Of a stretch of 64,000 nucleotides of DNA, positions 38,101-46,900 are shown piece after piece (position 1 is the first letter of the stretch; the number at the start of each line of letters is the position of its first letter). The notes below the pieces were generated by a model. The model was not told the DNA's origin, did not search any database, and was given only the letters and a program-made list of their open reading frames with translations. The DNA comes from Neoechinorhynchus agilis. Taxonomy: Eukaryota > Animalia > Acanthocephala. The stretch lies in assembly GCA_051530055.1 (NCBI GenBank), contig CM121341.1, positions 4,690,784 through 4,754,783 of the forward strand, read 5' to 3'. A program made the translations under genes and the position numbers.

Positions 38101-41100
38101 GTGTTGTTGATAGAAACCCACCGTCGCCATGTTTTGTGGTTCAGTGATTGGAGCACAAGCCGCTTGCTCATCCTGCAAGTGCATTGAATATCCTTGTTGT
38201 TCGCGTTGATCTTCATTGTTTACCTCAGTGTTCTGATTTGGCGCCGCTATTTCGTGTTGTTGATAGAAACCCACCGTCGCCATGTTTTGTGGTTCAGTGA
38301 TTGGAGCACAAGCCGCTTGCTGATCCTGCAAGTGCATTGAATATCCTTGTTGTTCGCGTTGAACTTCATTGTTTACCCCAGTGTTCGGATTTTGCGCCGC
38401 TATTTCGTTTTGTTGATAGAAGCCCACCGTCGCCATGTTTTTTGGTTCGGTAATTGGAGCACAAGCCGCTTGCTGATCCTGCAAGTGCATTGAATATCCT
38501 TGCTGTTCGCGATGATCTTCATTGTTAACCTCAATGTTCTGATTTGGCGCCGCTGTTTCGTTTTGTTGATAAAAACGTGCTGTTGCCATGTTTTGGTGTT
38601 CGGTGATTCGAGCACATACCGCTTGTTCGGCCGGTAAGTTTATTGAATATCCTCGCTGTTCGCGTGGAACTTCATTGTTTACCTCAGTATTCTGATTGGG
38701 TGCCACTATTTGGCGTTTTTGATAGAAACTCGCCGCCGTCGTGGTTTGTTGATCGGTGAATTGAGCACAAACCGCTTGTTGGGCTTGCAAATGCATCGAA
38801 TATCCTTGCTGTTCGCGTGGAACTTCATTGTTTACCCCAATGTTCTGATTGGGTTCCGCTATTTTGTGTTGTTGATAGAAACCCGCTGCCGTCATGTTTT
38901 GTGGATTGGTTACTGGAGCATAAGCCGCTTGCTGGCCCCGCGAGTTCATTGAATATCCTTCTTGTTCGCTTGGAACTCTATTGTTTACGTCAGTGTTCCG
39001 ATGTGGCCCCGCTATTTGGTGTTGTTGATGGATACCCGCTGTCGCCATGCTTTGTTGATCGGTGGCTGGAGCGCAAGGCATTTGTTTGGTTTGCAAGTGC
39101 ATTGAATATCCTTGTTGTTCGCGTTGAACTCTATTGTTTGCGTCAGCGTTCTGATTAGGTGCCACTACTTGGTTTTGTTGATAGAAACCCGCTGCTGCCA
39201 TGTTTTGTTGATCGGATGCTGGAGTGCAAGGCATTTGTTGGCCCTGCAAGTTCATTGAATATCCTTGTTGTTCGCGTTGAACTCTACTGTTTACGTCCGG
39301 GTTCGAATTGGGTGCCATTACTTGGTATTGTTGATAGAAACCCGCTGCCGCCATGGTTTGTTGATCGGTTAATGGAGCACAAGTCGCTTGCTGGCCCTGC
39401 AAGTTCATTGAATATCCTTGTTGTTCGCGTGGAACTCTATTGTTTACGTCAGCGTTCTGATTAGGTGCCGCTATTTGGTGTTGTTGATGGAAACCCGCTG
39501 CCGCCATGTTTTGTTGATCGTTGAATGGAGCACAAACTCCTTGCTGGCCCTGCAAGTTCATTGAATATCCTTGTTGTTCACGTGAAACTCTATTGTTTAC
39601 GTCAGCGTTCTGATTAGGTGCCGCTATTTGGTGTTGTTGATGGAAACCCGCTGCCGCCATGTTTTGTTGATCGTTGAATGGAGCACAAACTCCTTGCTGG
39701 CCCTGCAAGTTCATTGAATATCCTTGTTGTTCACGTGAAACTCTATTGTTTACGTCAGCGTTCTGATTAGGTGCCGCTATTTGGTGTTGTTGATGGAAAC
39801 CCGCTGCCGCCATGTTTTGTTGATCGTTGAATGGAGCACAAACTCCTTGCTGGCCCTGCAAGTTCATTGAATATCCTTGTTGTTCACGTGAAACTCTATT
39901 GTTTACGTCAGCGTTCTGATTAGGTGCCGCTATTTGGTGTTGTTGATGGAAACCCGCTGCCGCCATGTTTTGTTGATCGTTGAATGGAGCACAAACTCCT
40001 TGCTGGCCCTGCAAGTTCATTGAATATCCTTGTTGTTCACGTGAAACTCTATTGTTTACGTCAGCGTTCTGATTAGGTGCCGCTATTTGGTGTTGAGGAT
40101 AGTAACCCGCGGTTACCATGTTTTGTTGATCGGTGAATGGAGCACAAACTCCTTGCTGGCCCTGCAAGTTCATTGAATATCCTTGTTTTTCGCGTTGAAC
40201 TCTATTGTTTACGTCCGGGTTCTGATTGGGTGCCGCTATTTGGTGTTGTTGATTGAAACCCGCTGCCGCCATGTTTTGTTGATCGGTGAATGGAGCACAA
40301 GCCGCTTGCTGGCCCTGCAAGTGCATTGAATATCCTTGTTTTTCGCGTAGAGCTCTATTGTTTACGTCAGCGCTCTGATTATGTGCCACTACTTGGTGTT
40401 GTTGATGGAAACCCGCTGCCGCCATGCTTTGTTGATCGGTGAATGGAGCACAAGCCGCTTGCTGGCCCTGCAAGTGCATTGAATATCCTTGTTGTTCGCG
40501 TGCAACTCTATTGTTTACGTCAGCGTTCTGATTAGGTGCCACTACTTGGTTTTGTTGGTAGAAACCCGCTGCTGCCATGTTTTGTTGATCGGTGAATGGA
40601 GCACAAACCGCTTGTTGGCCTTGCAAGTGCATTGTAAATCCTTGTTGTTCGCGTGAAACTGTATTGTTTACGTCAGCGTTCTGGTTAGGTGCCGCTATTT
40701 GGTGTTGAGGATTGTAACTCGCGGTTGCCATGTTTTGTTGATCGGTGAATGGAGCACAAGCCGCTTGCTGGCCCTGCAAGGGCATTGAATATCCTTGTTG
40801 TTCGCGTGAAAATCTATTGTTTACGTCGGCGTTCTGATTAGGTGCCACTATTTGGTGTTGAGGATAGTAGCCCGCGGTTGCCATGTTTTGTCGATCGGTA
40901 CCACTAATCATTCGAACAGGATTTGCCATCAATGTAGGATGTATGTTTTGGCCACTATTTCCCAAATTTAATCGTTCTGTTGGCGGTTGTTGTTCTTGCT
41001 GCCATTGTTGCTGATATTGAGCAGGCTGTTGTTGGTTGTTCATCTGAGTTCCGTAGTTATGCACTCCCGATGGGTCTTGGGCATTTTGCAATGTTCCAAT

Positions 41101-41721
41101 ATTTTGGAGAGCTGGGTTATGGTAAATGTTTTGCGGATTGCCGTTTCCTTTAATAAAATTCTGAGCTGTCATCATGGGATTTGGCTGTTGCATTTGCTGC
41201 GTGCCGTAAAAGTGACCCGTATTGCCGGCCAATTGTTGGATATTTTGGTTTTGGAAGGCATTTGCATTGGTTATCGGACCCAAATTTTGTTGGAAATGTC
41301 CAAGCACATTCGGGTTGTAGAAATTTCCTTGAGCATACGGTGCCATCACAGCGGCTCCATTTCCACCCGCTGCAACATCATTTGGTACGGCACCATCGTA
41401 GGTAAGATTTTTAGCTTGAAATTCGTCCCTGTTCCTTAAACGACCATCCTTGTTGCCTCCATTGATGGCCCAGTGCATTCCATTTGGGCCCTGGGATACT
41501 CTTACCAGTGTAAACTTGTTGCTCGCAGATAATTTATGACGAACATAGTTTTGCCAATTTTTTACTCCCTCTTCGTCAGTTATTGCGGCAAAATATGGAT
41601 AATTCTGTTTAAAATAATCGTAGATCTTTTGTAGTGGCAGTGTGCGATTAGGAGCGTTGCTGATCGCCAACCTGGCTATTTCGGAAATGCTTATATCTCC
41701 CCACGCATTTTGTCTCGGCAT
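35110..41721 (-). CDS. FOXO-like: Divergent FoxO-type forkhead protein, copy B, intact 2203 aa, about 29 Q/N-rich repeats, acidic C-terminus
   Basis: Single uninterrupted ORF. N-terminal forkhead domain RQNAWGDISISEIARLAI...WQNYVRHKLS...HW. Confidence 0.92.
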   Translation of the reverse strand: MPRQNAWGDISISEIARLAISNAPNRTLPLQKIYDYFKQNYPYFAAITDEEGVKNWQNYVRHKLSASNKFTLVRVSQGPNGMHWAINGGNKDGRLRNRDEFQAKNLTYDGAVPNDVAAGGNGAAVMAPYAQGNFYNPNVLGHFQQNLGPITNANAFQNQNIQQLAGNTGHFYGTQQMQQPNPMMTAQNFIKGNGNPQNIYHNPALQNIGTLQNAQDPSGVHNYGTQMNNQQQPAQYQQQWQQEQQPPTERLNLGNSGQNIHPTLMANPVRMISGTDRQNMATAGYYPQHQIVAPNQNADVNNRFSREQQGYSMPLQGQQAACAPFTDQQNMATASYNPQHQIAAPNQNADVNNTVSREQQGFTMHLQGQQAVCAPFTDQQNMAAAGFYQQNQVVAPNQNADVNNRVAREQQGYSMHLQGQQAACAPFTDQQSMAAAGFHQQHQVVAHNQSADVNNRALREKQGYSMHLQGQQAACAPFTDQQNMAAAGFNQQHQIAAPNQNPDVNNRVQREKQGYSMNLQGQQGVCAPFTDQQNMVTAGYYPQHQIAAPNQNADVNNRVSREQQGYSMNLQGQQGVCAPFNDQQNMAAAGFHQQHQIAAPNQNADVNNRVSREQQGYSMNLQGQQGVCAPFNDQQNMAAAGFHQQHQIAAPNQNADVNNRVSREQQGYSMNLQGQQGVCAPFNDQQNMAAAGFHQQHQIAAPNQNADVNNRVSREQQGYSMNLQGQQGVCAPFNDQQNMAAAGFHQQHQIAAPNQNADVNNRVPREQQGYSMNLQGQQATCAPLTDQQTMAAAGFYQQYQVMAPNSNPDVNSRVQREQQGYSMNLQGQQMPCTPASDQQNMAAAGFYQQNQVVAPNQNADANNRVQREQQGYSMHLQTKQMPCAPATDQQSMATAGIHQQHQIAGPHRNTDVNNRVPSEQEGYSMNSRGQQAAYAPVTNPQNMTAAGFYQQHKIAEPNQNIGVNNEVPREQQGYSMHLQAQQAVCAQFTDQQTTTAASFYQKRQIVAPNQNTEVNNEVPREQRGYSINLPAEQAVCARITEHQNMATARFYQQNETAAPNQNIEVNNEDHREQQGYSMHLQDQQAACAPITEPKNMATVGFYQQNEIAAQNPNTGVNNEVQREQQGYSMHLQDQQAACAPITEPQNMATVGFYQQHEIAAPNQNTEVNNEDQREQQGYSMHLQDEQAACAPITEPQNMATVGFYQQHEIAAPNQNTEVNNEDQREQQGYSMHLQDEQAACAPITEPQNMATVGFYQQHEIAAPNQNTEVNNEDQREQQGYSMHLQDEQAACAPITEPQNMATVGFYQQHEIAAPNQNTEVNNEDQREQQGYSMHLQDEQAACAPITEPQNMATVGFYQQHEIAAPNQNTEVNNEDQREQQGYSMHLQDQQAACAPISEPQNMATVGFYQQTEIAAPNPNTGVNNEVPREQQGYSMHLQDQQAACAPVTNPQNMTAAGFYQQTEITAPNPNTEVNNEDPREQQGYSMHLQDQQAACAPITELQNMATVGFHQQYEIAAPHPNTEVNNEDPREQQGYSMHLQDQQAACAPITEPQNMATVGFYQETEIAAPNPNTWVNNEVQREQQGYSMYLQDQQAARAPVTNPQNMTAAGFYQQTEITAPNPNTGVNNEDPREQQGYSINLQGQQAACAPISEPQNMATVGFYQQTEIAAQNLNTEVNNEDQREQQGYSMHLQGQQAAYAPVTDPQNITTAHFYQQHEIAAPNQNTEVKNEVPREQQGYSMNCASMINKDGDDRSASGQKRFNQNSITAMKRQYEGTDNYKELSKMQKINCTQRENMTGVQNYQGADLSSNKVTDETAKSNEQMCEQKSIRSHQIFSDKQSTKRTHDVSECHPPKKQKMCPEPNIEAEIKGAHESNQRNFSDKVGLNDEDYQENFRLLNEQKSHLTGERLENNQIRAENETRSAAELQLDDTVNLHDEQRGTIFNTLSADRYEIANEDLDRYRRPNVEHEHYFSFEAPDNDRDNFNFSPDVNFGPINQQEPQTEHHQQYHKINEQFESEQHIPIPVGVETKDQFNGSSQFDEATLAQYILEYPRSIEELNLSSSASATSPAESYMSVDANQTVNMFLENILFRPCTPEGEQSEEEDYSEGGEMTPQSVREELPPSEPPAEVIRKPKDAETLQLEDAIRAALGIADSPRKNDNTEEDQENDATNNTNGNPEESQFDSDEDSDEDNLLNQILSDD
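36490..40880 (-). repeat. Coding tandem repeat (153-bp unit) in copy B
   Basis: Same unit family as in copy A, with runs of near-identical units at about 37550-38250 and 39450-40050. Confidence 0.97.
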
Positions 41722-41930
41722 ATTGTTTTCAAGAATTTGGAGCTTATAATGGTTTGAAAGAGATAAAAGAAGATTTCAACCGTTTGTGAGAGTTTCTAAA
41801 GGATTAAAATACGCTCATCTTTGGTCGTTTTGACTAATGTATTCAGGTGATGTAGCAAACAGTTTTTGGATAAACTATTTACCATTCAAACTCCATATTT
41901 GTCAATAACTCTGCGCTTTCAGCCCCAATA
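41722..41930 (-). promoter_or_regulatory. Conserved upstream block of copy B
   Basis: Homologous to 19572-19790. CAGGTG 41844-41849, GCAAACA 41855-41861, TATTTAC 41876-41882. Confidence 0.5.
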
Positions 41931-42024
41931 GTACACTAAGTTTTGTCGTTGTTTTCAAAACGCCAATAAAATTCAAAACATAAACCGATTTTAGATATTA
42001 CTATCGAGTCGCTGTATTGTATTA

Positions 42025-43957
42025 TTACACTCAATAAGCCATCATCACGTATTTTGGAATTCGGATCATAAGGTCCAGAATATTGGATTGAGGATTGTTG
42101 TGCAGAGTTTTCCTATCTATAGTTTATGTCGTCTTTTATTTAAATTTACAATTATGCATCTTAGTCTCTATACTTAAAGTAAACATACTTTCTCGATTGT
42201 TTCTTTAATTTGCGTTTCAATCACTAAAATTAAGAAGAGTCTAGGTTAGAATTGTTTTTAGAAAGTAGATCACATTCAAAAGATTTGGTATGGTTAATTT
42301 GAGTAATAAGAAAAATATAGATGCATTGGATGGGGACGGATCCGTAAACCAGTTAAACACGAATATTCTAATATAGAATTCGGTATTTGGCGTTCATATT
42401 CGGTGTACTGATCCACAAGGCGACTCGGAAATAAATCGGTGACTTATCGCTAATGAGTTGTAATGATGCCTAAACAACGACAAGAATGGAATTACTTTGC
42501 TAATAGCAAAAACTTTCAAACACACAATAAATTTGATTCCACAAATGTTATTAATAAATCGTTTTATTTCAGGGAACATCAGGTATCTATTGAAACTTGT
42601 AAGTTTTGGGTGTTCCATCTTTGCAGCTACAAAACGTTAGCTGTTGATTGTCGTTTTCCGCTCTCTAGCTTTTGTATTAGTTGAGTTGGCTTTGGTCGGT
42701 TAATTTATAGTTGTTTTCCGCTCTTTCCTCTGAATCATTTCGCATTTGGCCGATTAAGCGCTGGAGACGAAGGTAGAGATTTTTGCGAGGAATTGAAGGA
42801 TGGAAAGTGTTGGGACGATGAGTGTTATAAGTGTAAGTAAAAGGATAAATGTGTGGTAGAAATTGAAGAGGCGGAAGAGAATGAAGGTGTTTTGAGTGCT
42901 TTTGAGATTTGAGAGAGGTGTTCTTCTACGAGTTTGGGGGAGCAGATTAGAGTGAACCTCCATTGTGAAATGTATTAAGTATTTTGGAAAAAGGTTAGAA
43001 GGAAAATTGCAGAAGGTTAGAAGAGCGTAGGTGAGCGTTGGTAGGATCACACGGACATATAAAAGTACTTAAGGTCTTTGGATGATAATCCGAGGAGTCG
43101 GAGGCGTTTAAGAAGATAGAGCTTAATGGATCCCTTGTGCAACAAAATTGATATGTGCTTCTTCTATAGATTTTTCTGAAAATAAAGACCAAGTATACGA
43201 ACAGAGGAGACACGATTGATAGGAAAAGGAAAAAGTGGCTGATCGGAAGGACTATTTGAGATTCAGGGGACGATTTCAAAGCACTTCGTTAAGTTAAGGG
43301 TAAAACATTTAGGGGAGCAAAATTCTTGAACGTGAGAAATCTCGTTAGGAGTAATTGAGAGTGAGACGGAGGATACCGGTACATCCGTAATGATTATAAG
43401 ATCACCCGCATACAAGACGTATTTAGAATAAAAAGAGAATGAAATAAGATCGGTTAGGAAAATGTTGAAAGGAATGGGGAAGAGAACAGTCCGTTCGAGA
43501 ACTCCTTTGTTGATTGCTAAGGTATTCGAGACGATGCTGCCTATTTTGGTAAATTGTAATCGATTGTTTAGAAAGGAATTAAACCATTTGATTTGCCAGG
43601 CGACAAAAATAAATTTAGAGCATGTATCAAGGAGAAGATTTTGATCAACGGAATCAAAAGCTTTATGAATGTCAATTTGGATGAGTCGAGAGATAAATAA
43701 AGGTTTTGCGTCGAGATAATGAAGAACGCGTCGGTACAGAAGCCGGGCCGGTAACCGAATTGAATGGATGAAATTTTTCGATTGAAGATTGGCAGAAGGT
43801 GTGCTTTAAAGCATCTCTCTAAGATTTTAGAGAAGGAATCTAAGTTAGAGATGGGTCGAAAACTTGAGGTGGATATAAGTTCACCTGCTTTCGGGAGCAG
43901 AGTTACCCGATCTCTTTTTGGGCAATTATGGAAGATTCCGGTCTTGAAACTTTGGTT
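42025..43957. repeat. Segmental duplication, copy 2, including a truncated copy of the LINE (about 42670-43957)
   Basis: Matches 20031-21986 and breaks off at ACTTTGGTT, where the satellite resumes. Confidence 0.95.
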
Positions 43958-46900
43958 TCTGAATCAATACGGCTATTCGATGACGCAGATAGATACGAGC
44001 GGTGTCACTTTATTGTTTTTCGCGGACTACAACACAATTTTCTTGCTTTGCCGTCAAGTGCATTTAATATTCTTATTGTTCGTGTGCAACTTCATTGTTT
44101 ACGTCATGTTCTGAATCAATGCGGCTATTTATTGTCGCAGATAGATACGAGCGGTGTCACTTTATTGTTTTTCTGCGACTACAACACAATTTTCTATCAT
44201 TGCCGTCGAGTGCATTTAATATTCTTATTGTTCGTGTGCAACTTCATTGTTTACGTCATGTTCTGAATCAATGCGGCGATTTATTGTCGCAGAAAGATAC
44301 GAGCGGTGTCACTTTATTGTTTTTCTGTAACTACAACACAATTTTCTTGCTTTGCCGTCAAGTGCATTTAATATTCTTATTGTTCGTGTGCAACTTCATT
44401 GTTTACGTCATGTTCTGAATCAATGCGGCGATTTATTGTCGCAGAAAGATACGAGCGGTGTCACTTTATTGTTTTTCGCGGACTACAACACAATTTTCTT
44501 GCTTTGCCGTCAAGTGCATTGAATATTCTTATTGTTCGTGTGCAACTTCATTGTTTACGTCATGTTCTGAATCAATGCGGCTATTTATTGTCGCAGATAG
44601 ATACGAGCGGTGTCACTTTATTGTTTTTCGCTAACTACAACACAATTTTCTTGCTTTGCCGTCAAGTGCATTTAATATTCTTATTGTTCGTGTGCAACTT
44701 CATTGTTTACGTCATGTTCTGAATCAATGCGGCGATTTATTGTCGCAGAAAGATACGAGCGGTGTCACTTTATTGTTTTTCGCTGACTACAACACAATTT
44801 TCTTGCTTTGCCGTCAAGTGCATTTAATATTCTTATTGTTCGTGTGCAACTTCATTGTTTACGTCATGTTCTGAATCAATGCGGCTATTTATTGTCGCAG
44901 ATAGATACGAGCGGTGTCACTTTATTGTTTTTCTCTAACTACAACACAATTTTCTTTCATTGCCGTCGAGTGCATTTAATATTCTTATTGTTCGTGTGCA
45001 ACTTCATTGTTTACGTCATGTTCTGAATCAATGCGGCGATTTATTGTCGCAGAAAGATACGAGCGGTGTCACTTTATTGTTTTTCGCTAACTACAACACA
45101 ATTTTCTTGCTTTGCCGTCAAGTGCATTGAATATTCTTATTGTTCGTGTGCAACTTCATTGTTTACGTCACGTTCTGAATCAATGCGGCGATTTATTGTC
45201 GCAGATAGATACGAGCGGTGTCACTTTATTGTTTTTCGCGGACTACAACACAATTTTCTTGCTTTGCCGTCAAGTGCATTTAATATTCTTATTGTTCGTG
45301 TGCAACTTCATTGTTTACGTCATGTTCTGAATCAATGCGGCTATTTATTGTCGCAGATAGATACGAGCGGTGTCACTTTATTGTTTTTCTGTAACTACAA
45401 CACAATTTTCTATCATTGCCGTCGAGTGCATTTAATATTCTTATTGTTCGTGTGCAACTTCATTGTTTACGTCATGTTCTGAATCAATGCGGCGATTTAT
45501 TGTCGCAGATAGATACGAGCGGTGTCACTTTATTGTTTTTCGCGGTCTACAACACAATTTTCTTGCTTTGCCGTCAAGTGCATTGAATATTCTTATTGTT
45601 CGTGTGCAACTTCATTGTTTACGTCATGTTCTGAATCAATGCGGCGATTTATTGTCGCAGAAAGATACGAGCGGTGTCACTTTATTGTTTTTCGCTGACT
45701 ACAACACAATTTTCTTGCTTTGCCGTCGAGTGCATTTAATATTCTTATTGTTCGTGTGCAACTTCATTGTTTACGTCATGTTCTGAATCAATGCGGCGAT
45801 TTATTGTCGCAGAAAGATACGAGCGGTGTCACTTTATTGTTTCTCTGTAACTACAACACAATTTTCTTGCTTTGCCGTAAGTGCATTGAATATTCTTATT
45901 GTTCGTGTGCAACTTCATTGTTTACGTCATGTTCTGAATCAATGCGGCTATTTATTGTCGCAGAAAGATACGAGCGGTGTCACTTTATTGTTTCTTTGTA
46001 ACTACAACACAATTTTCTTGCTTTGCCGTCAATTGCATTTAAAATTCTTATTGTTCGTGTGCCACTTCATTGTTTACGTCATGTTCTGAATCAATGCGGC
46101 TTGTTATTGTCGCAGAAAGATACGAGCGGTGTCACTTTATTGTTTTCTGTAACTACAACACAATTTTCTATCATTGCCGTAAAGTGCATTGAATATTCTT
46201 ATTGTTCGTGTGCAACTTCATTGTTTACGTCATGTTCTGAATCAATGCGGCGATTTATTGTCGCAGATAGATACGAGCGGTGTCACTTTATTGTTTTTCG
46301 CTAACTACAACACAATTTTCTTGCTTTGCCGTCAAGTGCATTGAATATTCTTATTGTTCGTGTGCAACTTCATTGTTTACGTCATGTTCTGAATCAATGC
46401 GGCGATTTATTGTCGCAGATAGATACGAGCGGTGTCACTTTATTGTTTTTCGCGGACTACAACACAATTTTCTTGCTTTGCCGTAAAGTGCATTTAATAT
46501 TCTTATTGTTCGTGCTCAACTTCATTGTTTACGTCATGTTCTGAATCAATGCGGCTATTTATTGTCGCAGATAGATACGAGCGGTGTCACTTTATTGTTT
46601 TTCGCTAACTACAACACAATTTTCTTGCTTTGCCGTCAAGTGCATTGAATATTCTTATTGTTCGTGTGCAACTTCATTGTTTACGTCATGTTCTGAATCA
46701 ATGCGGCTATTTATTCCCGCAGATAGATACGAGCGGTGTCACTTTATTGTTTTTCGCTAACTACAACACAATTTTCTTGCTTTGCCGTCGAGTGCATTTA
46801 ATATTCTTATTGTTCGTGTGCAACTTCATTGTTTACGTCATGTTCTGAATCAATGCGGCTATTTATTGTCGCAGAAAGATACGAGCGGTGTCACTTTATT

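Noticed and set aside
12751-41439. Hydrophobic + strand ORFs overlapping the FoxO-like genes (e.g. 18837-19289, 40987-41439, 36771-39464)
   Set aside because: They are antisense shadows of Gln-rich codons (CAA gives TTG).
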